A DNA stretch of 64,000 bases. It comes from Octopus sinensis. Its lineage: Eukaryota. Position 1 is the stretch's first letter, and each line of letters starts with the position of its first letter. Of this stretch, positions 1 to 14,190 are shown one piece after another. The notes under the pieces were generated by a model. That model made no database searches, had not been told where the DNA came from, and saw only the letters and a program-made list of their open reading frames with translations. Both the position numbers and the translations under genes were made by a program. The stretch is from assembly GCF_006345805.1 (NCBI RefSeq), contig NC_042999.1:80848001-80912000 (forward strand). The letters are read 5' to 3'.

Positions 1-500
1 AAGAAGTACTCAAATGAAGATAGATATTGTTGAAAATTTTTAGGACAGAAATTCAATTGATTTCTAATCGGCAGTTTCACACCCAGTAGAATGAAGCTTA
101 GTGAAATTTCAACATGCACTTCCTACATGACTTACGGCTCAAAAGGCTTGTTTAACGGGAGTTTTTCGTCTGAAGATTTTCCCCTGCTGTTCGCTCGCCC
201 TGTAACGAGTCTCCACCCCACCCGACATATACACACATATATACATACATCCATTCATCCATACATACATACCATCAATATATATATGAATAGAGATAGC
301 TAGCTAGGTAAATAGATATCGGCTACGGAAAAAAAGATGTCCAACATGTTGGTACATTCTCTTTGCATGCCTTTTGTTTTGACATATATCTTCATGTATT
401 TAGTAATAGCAATTAGAAAGACATGGCAAGAAGTTCCAACATTTTGTGATATCTGATAGTTTTATGTCTAATATCTACGTTACTGGTGAGGTGTTAACAA

Positions 501-853
501 TGTGGAGGCCCAGTGGTTAAGGCAGCGGACTCGCGGTCGTGGGATCACGATTTCGATTCATAGACCGGGCGTTGTGGGGGTATTGAGCAAAAACATCCAA
601 AGCTCCGCGAGGCTTCTGCTGTACTCTTTCTCCACAACATTCTCTCACTTTTTCTTCCTGCTTCTATTGTGCCTGTATTTCAAATGGCCAGTCTTGTCAT
701 ACACTGTGTCACGCTGAGACTTCCCGAGAACTACGTTAAGGGTACACGTGTCTGTGGAGTGCTCAACCACTTACACGTTAATTTCAAGAGCAGGCTGTTC
801 CATTGATCGGATCAGTTGGAACCCTCTTCGTCGTAACCGACAGAGTGCCACGC
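501..853 (+). mobile_element. tRNA-derived SINE, family 1
   Basis: tRNA-like head with A-box-like GGCCCAGTGG and B-box-like TTCGATTC; homologous throughout to the copy at 43244-43612; flanked by a near-perfect target-site duplication TGTTAACAATG/TGTTATCAATG. Confidence 0.85.
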
Positions 854-1300
854 TGTTATCAATGCTTTCTATCATATTTGGTTTCCGTCCTATCATTACG
901 CTTCTATAACATACTTAACTGGCGTGTAATAGATATTTGAGAATATAAGGTAACCAAGTGGTATCTACTCTAACTACAACCTATCAAAGAGAGGTTACAA
1001 TTTAAAAATAATATTGCATTTTCTGTTATGTCACTAAATATAGGACACGTAGTATTATGTGAGGAACATGAATAAATTACGATTTAAACATCATTTCATT
1101 TCACAACGTAATATATATAATCAATGAAAACTTTTTCCAAAACAGTGAATAACGCTTTTCTTTACTTTCAGTACCTATGTTACACGCTTATCGTTAATGC
1201 GATTTGCTTGAGAGACACAGCCATCCGGAATCACGTCGTACACGTGATTCTTTGATCTATTTATGACATATTCTCTCGGTGTAACTTTCCTGAAGAATAA

Positions 1301-1511
1301 GGCAACGATCTGGCAGAATCTTAACCACGCCAGACTAAATACTCAGTAGCATCTTAGCTGCGGCAATACGTTCTAAGTACGAAATGTCATTGAAGCCGAG
1401 TTCATCTTTCATTGTTTCGGGTTCGATTAATCTGTTTCGACTAATAGACTAACGCGTTCCCCAAAATTTCAAGCCTTGTCCCAATAGTAGAAAAAAATAT
1501 TATTATCATTA
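1301..1511 (+). mobile_element. Degraded tRNA-derived SINE, family 2
   Basis: TGGCAGAATC head, central CTTTCAT..TTCGGG.TCGAT block and CCAAAATTTCAAGCCTTGT...TATTATT tail, shared with other copies in the window. Confidence 0.65.
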
Positions 1512-1719
1512 GTTTTTCGAAGTCTTTTTTAAAAATGTTCTGTGGTTGTTGTTAAATTACATTGATGATTAGGTCTCTACACTCCTATTTGCGTGGAACA
1601 GCAGTGATAGAGAAGCCATGAGTATATTTCCCTCGATTTAGTAGTATGGGGTTAAGCGAACGTCGTTCTGCATTGAGATATATCATATGAGCATAACATC
1701 TAGTGAAATTCTAAGCATC

Positions 1720-2170
1720 AAATTTAACTCTTTTTTCCGTTTGGTGTTCACTCATCAGTTGGGTAGAAGCCACTTGATATAACGTCGCAGCTTTTTTTTT
1801 TCAGACAATGAAAAGGCAGATTTAATGAAAAAGGGGACAGCAGCATTGTCTGTCACCTTGGAACATTCCCACTGAAATATTTATACCAGTGTAGACAATT
1901 GTTCCACCCTTATTTTCAAGTTTGAAGATTTTCGACCAAGTCGCTGTATGTCATTCAATGATAGCAAGTGTATGACGTCAAGGATTTTTTTCAATTGCAT
2001 TATCTCCAGCAAAACTGAATAAAATCAAACGCCATTCTGTAATAAAATCATATTTAAAAGTGTCCAACAAAGTTTTTGTATTTTTTGTCGTGCATATGCA
2101 TCAATCGCACGACATTTGTTTTGTCAAAGCAATCCCTCTCTTCCCTATGTATTGAAATCAACCATTAAAA
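1720..2170 (-). mobile_element. Decayed non-LTR retrotransposon RT fragment, possibly R4/Dong-like
   Basis: Minus-strand translation gives WSKIFKL...TGINISVGMFQGD, resembling the GIFQGDSLSP RT motif; many stops and frameshifts. Confidence 0.5.
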
Positions 2171-2722
2171 ATGATATAAGTGAATTTACGTAGACAGCCG
2201 ACAGCCTAATAATAATCCATAATATATAAGCAACAATAAACAAGCACTTTTCAACTAATTCAGTGTATTCTCTGGTAATTCATGCCCATCTTAATTCTCT
2301 CACTTATTTCCGTTCTAGCAGACAAAAAAGGGGATATAATTTTCAAACTCAGTTGAATTAGAGACGCACAACATACATAGTGTCTGCGTTTTCATTGATT
2401 TAATAACAAACTTAGTTTGATACAACAAAGAAAATATCACTGCGGAAAATTCTCTTCCAGTCTGGTTGACCAATTCCTTTTGCATTAATCATAAAATTAT
2501 TTGACGCTGAAATGCAAGCATGTGTAGGTCTCGGTATCGCATATATACTTTACTATTTAACATTGGAGTAGGGAAGTTTGAGAGAGATGTGGTTATTTCC
2601 AGTATTTTGAGCATTGAAATAGATGCCCCTTTGTTAACTTTATTAACATATGTTGTTCAATTGTAAATGAAGTCACGATTGAAAATCCTATTTTCGCATA
2701 TAAGCAATAAACATGGGCAAAG

Positions 2723-2766
<44 letters not shown>

Positions 2767-2799
2767 GTACAAACACACACACATATATAGTGCATTAGG

Positions 2800-3715
2800 G
2801 GATATTCTCGTCCAAGAGGAAAACGAGGACCAATGTCCCAACGGGGCAGGCTTGCCTTATAATTGCTGAGAATTCGCAGCACGAAATCAATGGAACCCTT
2901 GGGAAGCAAACGATGACGTAAGTGTTGCTTCGAATCACACCTTATGGCGTAACGACAATGAAGTAATTTTATAGTTTAAAACTAACCGGGGCAGAGGCAG
3001 GGCAACGTTTATCCGATTCGACATAGTAGATATTTACCCTCGTATATCGAAAGGGCTTCTGGTAAACGCACTTACTTTTGCTAAGGGCTTCACTCACGAT
3101 AGAGATGTTGACGTGATGCAGCAAACAATAAATAAATAAATAAATAAATCATTGCTGTTTGATATAGGTTTACCTTGTATCAAGCAAACCGATCCAGTGG
3201 GCTCCTTTTATATAATGATGGGATCTTACGACAGCGTGGACATATGCCAACTTATAGGGCTATATACTTTAGACACATGACAGAAGAGGCTCCCATTACT
3301 ACTTTTTAATCTCTACAAAGATGACGCTCTGGTGATCTCTGGTGGAGAAAACAAACATACTCTCGATAGTCATATGAAGGACCTAATTATCACCCTCAGC
3401 TCCATGGTACTCCAGTTAACAATCGAGAACAACCACACCATTATAAACTATTTAAACGTTACGTTAGACTTGAGCGCCTATTCATACAGACCCTACTAAA
3501 AAAAAAAAACGAGAGGCTGTCCTACGTTTATATAGCTTCCTGCTACTCACTTATATTGTCCAGGAAACTACTGAAGGGTTTCAGCGAGAGAATCTCGATC
3601 CGTTACTCAAATAAAGACATTTTCGATGCCACAGCGACCACCGTATTACCACAAGGATCTCACGTCCAGTAGATTTTAGGACCGCATCTCCTATACGCCG
3701 ATCCATGGCACCTGC
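2800..3715 (+). mobile_element. Penelope-like element RT fragment (pseudogene)
   Basis: Translates across lesions to FIRFDIVDIYPRIS, MGSYDSVDICQLIGLY, LYKDDAL, INYLNVTLDL and YRPY, matching PLE RT motifs (FDIxxFYPSI, MGSxDGAExCELVGLY, YRDD, FLDV). Confidence 0.8.
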
Positions 3716-3752
3716 AAAAGGAAAACTTTAGTGACTACTACTAAGACACAAG

Positions 3753-4090
3753 CTTCCCAGTTCCCCGTATCTCAATCCATTGGACTATTACATGCAGAGA
3801 GCTGTTGAGAGAGAGGTCAATGAATACATCCACAACACCAAAGATTCTTTGAAAGCTGCAATAGTCAGAGTAATGCCTAAAATGAACCAGGACCAATTAA
3901 TTCGAGCATGTAGAGGATTTAGATCTCATAAAGAAGCAGTTGTTGAAGCTGAATGTTGCTTTATTGAATAACATTATAGAAAAGAAGGTTTATTTTTATC
4001 CCCATAGCATTTTTGATAAGTAGTTATCTGTAATTAAATATATGTTTTTTTATAAACATAAATCTGCCCTCAAATACTTTACACACCCTG
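3753..4090 (+). mobile_element. Tc1/mariner (maT/DD37D-like) transposase C-terminus and 3' TIR
   Basis: PSSPYLNPLDYYM...LKAAIVRVM...IRACRGFR...AVVEAE..FIE*; ends TACTTTACACACCCTG|TA; same family as 59929-60422. Confidence 0.85.
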
Positions 4091-4105
4091 TATATGTTTA
4101 TATAA

Positions 4106-4136
<31 letters not shown>

Positions 4137-4172
4137 CATATATATACATATATATATGTATATATATAAATG

Positions 4173-4204
<32 letters not shown>

Positions 4205-4224
4205 CATATATATATACATATAAT

Positions 4225-4313
<89 letters not shown>

Positions 4314-5284
4314 CGTATGTATGTATGTTAATATGTATGAGAATATCTGCGTGGTTCTTAGTATTTTGAATTGGTTCATGTGCGTGTTGTGTGGTGAACG
4401 TATGAATATGTATGAATATGCAATATAACCCTACGATGTTGGACTTATTGTTCCACGTCAGAAGGATGTACGCCGTACAACATAGTCATTAACATTCAGT
4501 AATGTCTTGACGCTGGAGAGAAATGAAAGCTATGACTTTATAATTTATACTAAATTTCCTAACTTTGTCGCATATCACATTCTTAAAACGTTTTCCTATC
4601 TGCGTATGAACTTTTCTTCAATTAAAGACCAACTAGTTCTTTCCTAGCGAAAAGAATCTGCAAAATGCAGTGGATTAAAAACTGTGACACTAAATATTTT
4701 TTTTGTATATTCTTATTTGTCATTTTTTTTTCTTATTAATTTTCTGTTGATTATTCAACTAATAGTACAGATTTGTTAAAGTACCATCTTCTTTTTATTC
4801 TCCAATGTTTACGTGTATGTAAAGCTCTTTATCGAACTGTAGACTGACATAATAACTCATATGATACAGCTGTACTTCGAGATTTGATATGCAACTTCCT
4901 ATCAGACTATGTATTTATTTCTTGAAACTCGTCTAATATTATTCTCCATACCTGAATATATCTTAAGTTCTGTAACAAAATATATCAAATAAAACTGCAT
5001 TCTACTTATTTCTAGAAAATTAACGTCACCCAATTCATATTTCGCAGTCTTTTTACTACAACATGTTAACGTATTTTGCCCAACAACACTATCAAAAATA
5101 CCTATCAGGAAAATTATATATATGCATTCTGATCGTATGTTAAATTTAACTTCCAGTTATTTTGTGATAAAAATCGGCAAAGGAATTTACATGTTTAGTA
5201 CGAAAAATTAGTTCATGTTAAGGGTCGAAAGGCTTGACATCCGAGGAGCCCCTGAAGAGCTCTTGCAGTTTCTGCATAGGGCAA

Positions 5285-6830
5285 AGCATCTCTGATGTTT
5301 ATTTCACCCTGTAACGAACTTCTGGAGTAATTCTTTAGACTCAGGTTATATTCTAAAACAGCTCATTCATCCCGGTTTTCAAACAGGGAAGCAAAGCCTT
5401 CGCAGTCAGCTATCACTCAATCTCACTCACCTTCAAAATCAAAGTGTTTGCAACGGTGGAGAGATCAAGGGTAGCTGTTTTCCTGGAGAGCCACAATCTT
5501 CTAAATTCAAGCCGATAGAGCTTTTGCTGCGGCAGGGACTGTCTAACACAACTCTTACACTACATTGATGACATCCTTAAAGCCTTGGCATCAGCTTCAA
5601 AATCTGATGTCAAATATCTTGACTTCAGTAAAACATTTGACAGAGTTGACCATAATATCCTACTATCAAAATTGCCAAATATTGGAATCTGTTGGAAAAC
5701 TTGTACAGTGGATTGAGTATTTCCCTGAGTACAGAACACAGTATGCTGTGATCGGCGGAATCCCCTTAAGCCCAGCAAAATTCATCAGTGGTGTCCCTCA
5801 GGGGTATGTCTTGGAGTCGCTTCTGCTTACAGTCTATATAAACGACATTTCAAGTGTCATCAAACAGAACAAAGTAAAAATCTTCGCCCATGACTCCGAG
5901 CTCCATTATCACAGGAGGAGACCGAACAGAGTTCCAGTCTGATCTACAAGTTGTAAGTCGATGGGCAGACAAAAACAAAATGCAACTAAATGAAAGAAAA
6001 TTTCAACTAATGCATTTGGGGAAAATATGTGCTACAACAGCTATATTCTCTTCCTGCAGGGGAACCACTCAAAGCATCTAATTATATGAGAGACCTAGGA
6101 GTAATCATTGACAATAATCTCAACTTATTGTTGTGCCTACATCAACAATAAGATCGTAAGGGTCATCATTGTTTTATTCTTCTTTGTTCGGCCATACCTC
6201 GAATACTGCTGCTCTCTGTGTTCACACACCTCCCCCTCCCCCCCCCCCCCCCCCAAAAAAAAATTAGAAAATGGAATCACCTCAGAAGGCATTCACTAAA
6301 ACAATTAATGGCATGACTGATCTCGATTATTGGGACCGGCTTAAAGTACTGAAATTCTATTCTCTCAAGGACCACCGTGAGCCATATATCATTTGCACGA
6401 TATAGAGAATAGACCATCAGTATGGCACAAACGACCTCACCATTAGTTTCAGGATTCATCCAAGGCTAGGAACACAGGGTCATATGTTCCCTACACATTT
6501 CAGGATCACAGCACATAAATACATAGCAACACAATTTCTTTTCGCCAACAGGACCTGCCCTATTTAACATTGTCCCAAAACAGATCAAAGAGGAAAAGGA
6601 TCCCATCACCTTTAAACGGAATCTGGAAAAATTTATTCAAAGGATAGCAGAAAAGCCGCCTATGATTGGATACAACTCAATCATCAAGAACTCCATTCTC
6701 GAATGGGCCACGATACCATAAAACTTGACACAAAAAGATGTAGCAAATCCTAACTGGTGGTGTTAAGTTAGACATGGCCCGGGCTAATCTTTGGTCGAAA
6801 CATATGTAAATTAGCTACGTTATTTATATA
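5285..6830 (+). mobile_element. CR1-like LINE, 5'-truncated RT and 3' end (pseudogene)
   Basis: YLDFSKTFDRVDH, SGVPQG, YIND, FAHD (YADD-like), QSDL..VSRWA..NKMQLN..K, RPYLEYC and LDYWDRLK.L across frameshifts. Confidence 0.9.
6762..6815 (+). ncRNA. Degenerate hammerhead-like fold at the LINE 3' end
   Basis: Stem I GTTAAGT/AATTAGC (one mismatch), core TAGACAT, stem II GGCC/GGTC, GAAA, palindromic stem III ACATATGT, A17; core positions 4 and 9 are non-canonical. Confidence 0.3.
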
Positions 6831-7209
6831 TATGTATATGTATATATGAATATATATATATATGTGTGTATGTGTGTCTGTGTGTCTGTGTGTCTGTGTG
6901 TATGTGTGTGTGTGAATAGGTTTATGTATATATATATCCACCAAAATCTTATTTTCGCTATTAAACTATATGAAGATTTTTCATATATGCTCATAATAGC
7001 TTTGTATAAAGCATGATTGTCACAGATTCCTTCAACTGCGTGGTCGGTATATATGATAATCCAATCGTGGATAACACCGCTCAGGAATTTATTAGCTTCA
7101 TCAATTATTTTTCCAATATATTAGCGTTATTTCTCATATTGTTTCTACCTCCACACCCGCCAATCTACCACTTTCTCTCCCAACCCACCTCTTTACCTCC
7201 CTACTAACA

Positions 7210-7542
7210 TAATTATATATAAATATGTCTGTGTGTGCCTGCGCTTGTATGTATTTGTGTGTGTATATACATTATCGTGTACATACATTCATTTTCACAC
7301 ACACATGCATATATATATATAGGCATGCATATATGTTTATATATATGCAATTATGTGTACATGTATGTATATAGACATACACATACACATACACATACAC
7401 ACACCTTATATGTATATATGTGTATGTATATATATATATATATGTATGTGTATATATATATATATATGTATATACATGTACATACCTATACCTACACTAT
7501 ATACATATACATGGATATATGTATATAGATACACACACACAC

Positions 7543-7576
<34 letters not shown>

Positions 7577-7605
7577 ATTTATATTTATATATATATATAT
7601 ATATA

Positions 7606-7670
<65 letters not shown>
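7210..7670. repeat. Compound (TA)/(TG)/(CA) microsatellite, representative of about 25 similar tracts
   Basis: Directly visible; explains overlapping Y/I/C/V/H/T-rich ORFs. Confidence 0.95.
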
Positions 7671-7672
<2 letters not shown>

Positions 7673-8067
7673 TAGACAGTCCAATAATCTTAGTGATAAT
7701 TGCCCACCTCCTTAATATGTCAGCCACAACAAAACCTACACGCACACACGGAGACTGCCATATATAAACACGTATTGTACACCCATTTTTAGCAACACAT
7801 ACCCCTATAAAATATATATTAACGTTACAAAACAATATTTGAATAGATGAAAACGTTTTAGATTAAAATACACCCTAGGAAAGTAATAATTATTGTTTCT
7901 TTGTTGCTTTTAATAATAATACTGAAAGTCAATTGTAAATTTAATAATATATCTTCTTTGTAATGTATAAACATTAAGCAAATTTCCTTTTTTTCTTTTT
8001 GTATGTTTTAATATATTATTTTAATTTCCACTTTTTTTCTTTTCCTTTTATATCTAATAATATTGTT

Positions 8068-8260
8068 TCTTAACTTAGGCATAAGGCTGAAAAACTTTAT
8101 GATGGTGGCGGCGTCGTTTTAATCGACCTAGGTACTTTGACTGTGCTTTATTTTATTGACTCTGGAATGATGAAAAGTAAAGAGAACGCAGGCGTTGTTT
8201 GAACTCAGAACCAATATGAAATTAACCTTTTAACAGTATTTTCAAGTCTTGAGCGCATCT
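8068..8260 (-). mobile_element. Degraded SINE family 2
   Basis: TTTGAACTCAGAAC is the reverse complement of the B-box region GTTCTGAGTTCAAA; ATCGACC and GAATGATGAAA blocks are present. Confidence 0.6.
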
Positions 8261-10342
8261 CGTCCGTCTATTATGGATTTCTAATATAGGTGCAATATTA
8301 AACAATATTCGTCTAAACAGTTTTTAAAAAGCAGAGTGTTACAAATTTATGGGAGGCAGAATACTTACTGAATTCGATGCAGTAGTTAATTGCGTCGTTA
8401 ACATTCCCAGAATGAGGCGAAAATATATTTTTCACGGGAGTTGAACTCAGAAGGCAAATGCATCTCTTTTCTGAATCTACTGCTTGCACTATTTTGGACA
8501 TGATAGTTATAATTTCCTTCAATCACAGTAGGTGGTACTTATAAAGATGTTGATTTTGCTTCTTATACGATTGCACTGATGCTAATACTTAAATGTGTTT
8601 GATTTGGAAAGGTGGAAGCAAAGGGATAACTGAATCATTTTATCTCACAACGTAGTGGGTAATAATAGTTGGTTTCTGCTTCTCCTATTTCATCACCATC
8701 TTTACTCAGCTTGTATTGATTCTTTTGGAGTGGATTCAAAGCGTAGATTTCAGAGAAAGACAACATGATATTCCATACTCAAGCACGTTCACAAGGAACA
8801 TTTATAAAAAGGTAAAACACTGTACATATTCCGACTGAAAGAATTTTCATTAGAATTATACTATAGAGTTCGACAGTTTGGGAATATTGATGCACGTAAA
8901 TTAGAGGGATTTTAATTAGCATGAATTGTAGATTGTTGAGAAAAATGCTTGAAGGTGTATAGTTTCGTTCGTTTGCGTTCACTTCTGAATTTCAATTAGG
9001 CGGAATTTTTTTTTAATTCAATAGAGTTAACACAAATGTACATGCAGTAAAGCGACTGTAATTCAATCGCATATACCCGTTTCACATACATTTTATACTC
9101 TGGTGAATTTAAAATGAATATTACTTGACATTAAATAGTGAAAAAGCAGCAAAAGCGACAGATCGCCAGGGAGAATAATTACAGCTTTTAGTCAAGGTCA
9201 AGTCCAAAAGAAGTATTCTTCTTTACTCATATCTTCAGGAAACCTGAAATAATTAATGTTACCTTCACAGAGAAACAGAAAAGTTTTCTGTGAAAGTTAG
9301 GCTGTCATCCTTAAAAGGATGTAATGTTGAAACTTTTCCAACCCTCAATTCAGATAATTCTTTCAATAATTGCGCATTGCAGATTACTAGTGTGATAATT
9401 TGATAATAAAAAGCACCTATTTTATTTTTATAACAGTAGGTACGTATTTTGTAAATACTGATCAGAGTTCCTATTATCTAAGCTATTTCCTGAGAGAATA
9501 ATATTAAATTGTCAGGAAGACAAGTGTTTATAACAAAATCTATAAAGGAAAATAATATATTCTCTAATTGATATGCCTGTTCTAGATAGTAATTCTGACA
9601 TACAGAGAAAGGTAACTGAGAGCGCACACTGTGGATGTAATGAAAACATATGATAAATAATTGCTGTTTGTTTAAATGTAGACGCACTGGCGTGATTATT
9701 ACACAGTCGATACAGATCTATGTTAATGGATGTGTCGTATGAAAAGAATTTCATTGACACTTATGTGCTATATCATTAATTCAAATGTTTTCAAGCGTAT
9801 ACTGATTCCCTAAGACCAGATAATGAACAGAATTTGAGCGAGATCTTGAAGGATTTTAAAACAAGCATAAATGATTTTATGATCAGTAAATTAAGCATTT
9901 AAGTATAATGAACCTTAGAGATAATACTATTAAAATATTGGTGGCTTTTATGATGAAATGATAGTAATTGGCAAATTTATTAAAGATACACGTGATTTTG
10001 GAATACTTAGAATCTTGTACTCTAGCTGGAAGCGTACAAATCTTTCCCAAGATGAAGAACTTTCCTCGATACCTACCTACCTACCTACCTACATACATAC
10101 ATACATACATACATACATACATACATACATACATACAAACACACATATACGCATATATATATATATATACTTTCGACCTGATGTGAGTTGTCTCACTTTC
10201 CTATGACATATTTTCAGATGACTTTAACACCAAGCGTATGAGAATATATTCTCTTACGGCTAAAACGTAGCCAGCCCACGAATTAACACCACGCATACCT
10301 TGTGTATGTGTGTTCGATTTTGTTTATCTCTCTCTCTCTCCT

Positions 10343-10417
<75 letters not shown>

Positions 10418-10697
10418 TGTGTTTCTGTTTGTATATATGTGTATGTACATATATACAATGTAATTGCTGGACGAAATTTAAAACCGTAAAAGAAAAACTT
10501 AATCGTCGCTAATCGTGACTGAGGGTGCCGAATATCACATATATTGCAAGACATAGGAATTAAAGCTCTTTTTTGCTATATAACACTATATATACACTAA
10601 CAACTAATATAACATCCCCATGAGTGATGCTAGGAGCACTGGACTAGAATAGTCTCTGCTCCAAACATCGCTCGTGGGACGGTTATCTTCCCTGCCA

Positions 10698-10779
<82 letters not shown>

Positions 10780-10879
10780 GCGCTTGAAGCAGCATGAAGG
10801 GTTTTAACTCTTGTTCCTTTCAATATAGGTGCTATCCAGTACTCTCAGTCCCAATTAGTGATGATTAAATATACATATA

Positions 10880-11287
10880 TTCTTTTATTCTTATATTTGT
10901 TTCAGTCATTTGACTGCAGGCGTGCTGCAGCACCGCCTTTTCGTCAAAAAAACCGTTGGCAGGACTTATTCTTTGTAAGCCTATTACTTTTTCTAACAGT
11001 TTCTTTTGCTGAACCGCTAACTTACGGGGACATAAACACACCAGCATCTGTTATCAAGCGATGGTGGAGGGATAAACACAGATACACAAGCATATACACA
11101 CAAATATATGCACTCGCACACACACACATATATATATATATATATACAACGGGCTTCTTTCAGTTTCTGTCTACCAATTCCACCTACAATGCTTTGGTCG
11201 GCCTTGCCCAAGGTGCGACGTAGTGGGACTGAAACCGAAAAAATTGATTGGTAAACAAGGTACTTACCACACTCCCACACATGCGCC
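10880..11287 (-). mobile_element. tRNA-derived SINE family 3 (internal microsatellite)
   Basis: Homologous to 25560-26255, 45440-45805 and 53013-53387: GGGCTTCTTTCAGTTTC.GTCTACCAA and GGACTTATTCTTTGTAAGCCTA blocks with a central (CA)/(TA) tract. Confidence 0.85.
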
Positions 11288-11954
11288 TATATAATTATAT
11301 GTATATATATATATATACATTAATTTTTTGATATTTAAATGCAAATTAAATTTCATGCATATTCAAGTTCAATTGACATATACTTTATTTAAGACAGAAG
11401 AGAAAGAATTAATGAATTTTCAATGAATTGGTCAATACGCATAATCTACAACATATCTATTGAAAATAAACTTTAGAATATGTCTCTGTGTACATTATTC
11501 TATCGTTGTGTACGTCGATATGTTGCAGGGTGCATGCAAATTGATATTTAGTATTTCATCTATCAATATATGCAAATGTGCTTTGTTTCAGTCTCTTTAT
11601 ACCTCGAACTTAAGACCGTTGAATCATAACCTATACATTGTATTGGGCCTATTGCAAAATTTACTATTTTCCTTGCCTCTATTGAAATTTTTTAGTTACA
11701 TTTAGATATTTAATCTAAATTTTCAATTCAGGGGCATTTATATTAACGGTTACCTGGATTTGCCATTAATATTATCATCATCCAGCTGATGAGGAAGCTA
11801 CCAACTCTTTCAGCCTTGCTCGTCGGATTGTAAACATTGATTAAAATAAAACGCTGCCTGAGGACAACCTACTTGCATATATACAAATAGAAAAGCGTTT
11901 AACATACACATGTATTTACACTCACACACACGTGTATAAATATATATATGTTTG

Positions 11955-12019
<65 letters not shown>

Positions 12020-12023
12020 ATAT

Positions 12024-12268
12024 CGAAACACGCAGAGTCGAAACAGGGGCATCTGAAGAAGGGGAATGTTCCCTCTGTTGTTTGTCTTGTACTCTATTTT
12101 TTCGTTGTTAAAAGAAGACCGTTTCCTTGTTTTGTTTCTATGTTTTCGTTTCCCGTTGTGCTCTACGTTTATTTGTGGTGTCCTGTACTCGTATATGCAT
12201 GTATATATACATATAGATGTAGACTTGTACATATATGTATGTATGTATGCATATGTTTTATTTATTAA
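12024..12268 (+). repeat. Dispersed repeat family A (3' end of an unidentified element)
   Basis: Homologous to 25711-26100 (TGTACTCTATTTTTT, TATGTTTTCGTTTC, GGTGTCCT.TACTC); ends in (TA)n. Confidence 0.7.
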
Positions 12269-12282
12269 ATGTTATCATATAT

Positions 12283-12346
<64 letters not shown>

Positions 12347-12359
12347 CTATATATATATA

Positions 12360-12535
12360 TACTAGTCTTTGTCAAACCCACGCAATGGTTGTATGGTCGG
12401 GATGTCAAGAAACCAGGATTTTCTAGCCCTGAAAAATTTCGATATCAATCTGGAAATCGACACTGTTGACTGCGCAAAATTCAAGTTGCGTGCTTCAATA
12501 GAAAAAGCCTATTTTTGCACCATATTAAGTCATTA
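12360..12535 (+). mobile_element. Possible Helitron/Helentron-associated non-autonomous fragment
   Basis: Starts TACTAG...ACCCACGC after (TA)n and contains GAAAAATTTCGATATCAATC; resemblance from memory only. Confidence 0.3.
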
Positions 12536-12551
12536 TACATGTATATATATA

Positions 12552-12603
<52 letters not shown>

Positions 12604-12751
12604 GAACCATAACCGGTCAGTCGATTGCATGCTAATATATCTGATAATATCTAACGTATATTTTATCCTTAATTTGAAAATACACACACACATACACACA
12701 GTCACACATACATACATACATACTACATACATACATACATACATACATACA

Positions 12752-12787
<36 letters not shown>

Positions 12788-13466
12788 TATATATACTTAG
12801 ACAGAGACTCACACATATCTGTGTGTGTATGTATGTATGTATTGGACTAATAAGATCATTAATAGAATTTCTGAAAGATTTTCAAGATGTTTACATGCAT
12901 ATATATGCATTTTCGTACAATGCAACGGGAATGAAATGGGAATGACCGTTAACCTAATTAATAATCATATTTCACCTTTAGGTCTAACCTCCCCATTCTC
13001 ATAAACAACCAGTATCTATTGAATTCGTTATGTGAAGGTATGTGCGCCAAACCACACACATGCGTATGATGATATCTTCGTAGATGTTTGTATGAGCGAG
13101 CGGATATGCGCGATACAACCTACACGAGTGTGCTTATACACCCATATCCATAAACAGTTATATTTAATACTTTCTTCACTGCATTGTGTACTCGTTTCTT
13201 TTTTGTCTCAGTTATTTTTTATTATTGATCTTGTATATAAACGAAGCGATACCTTTTAATTTGCTCCTTTACTTTACATGAACCGGGAAAATACCTTGCG
13301 GAACAGTCGTAATTATAATGAATTATATCTAAGTATCCTCTGAAGAGATACATCTGCACCGACGAATTCTCATGAACTGGTTGTTAAGTATTCGATTCGT
13401 TGGGTCGAAATATTTGAAGTGATTAATAAATATTCTTGTATCTTCCATCTCTTGCCTCTCTCATTA

Positions 13467-13564
<98 letters not shown>

Positions 13565-13589
13565 TATGTATATGTATGTGTGTACATAT

Positions 13590-14190
13590 ATATATATTTC
13601 ATTCAGGTCTTTCTGCAGTTTTATGATGTCCTCTGGGTTCCTAACTGCCTGCGATACTTTTGTGTCATCAGCATAACTTGTGAGACGGCTGACTACCGCG
13701 GAGTACCACCATAAATGGTAGTGGCCCAAGTACACTTTCCTCTGGGACTCCGCTTAGAATTGGTGTCTCTTCATAGTGAGTACCATTAGATACAACTGTC
13801 TGGCTCCCGCCCTTCAGAAAGTCATGCAGCCTCTCTCCAAGCTTGTGACATATCATGCTATGATCAACCTTGTCGAAGGTCTTGGCAAAGTCGAGGTATA
13901 TCACTTCTACAGCTGACTGGTTCAGGTGTTGTTTCAGTACCCAATCAAAGTGCAGCAGCAGTAGCTGGGTGAAGCGGCTCCTACCTGGACGAAGTCATGT
14001 TGTGTATTTGTGAGGTTGTTTTCTTCTCGGAAGGCGATCAGCCATTTTCTAACAATGCGTTCCATTGTCTTGCTAACATGTGTGGTCAGCGCGATGGGCC
14101 TGTAGCTTTTAGCATCTGCTCAGCTCCCTCCTTTATGGACAGGGCTAAAAGCCCAATTTACATTGAAACGGACTTCGTGTAACTATCAAG
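13590..14190 (-). mobile_element. CR1-like LINE RT fragment (pseudogene)
   Basis: [44 protein letters not shown] and SYADDTK...LQKDLNEIY, ending in (TA)n. Confidence 0.9.

Noticed and set aside
501-570. tRNA-like sequences at SINE heads
   Set aside because: No complete cloverleaf or acceptor stem; they continue into SINE bodies
2799-2917. Apparent plus-strand exon ending in GTAAGT
   Set aside because: No pyrimidine tract, and the frame aligns with the PLE RT remnant
5227-5290. GAAA...CTGAAGA with flanking hairpins
   Set aside because: No G12 after stem II, and no stem I or UH site
8313-8522. Minus-strand ORF with a perfect GTAAGT donor (exon would end at 8369)
   Set aside because: No convincing acceptor or homology, and competing frames are equally plausible
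11786-11792. CTGATGA core
   Set aside because: No stem II or GAAA downstream
12024-12080. Family A CGAAAC..GTC..CTGAAGA as a permuted hammerhead (also at about 25830-25890)
   Set aside because: No stem I hairpin can form, and the conserved hairpin after CTGAAGA is not followed by GAAA
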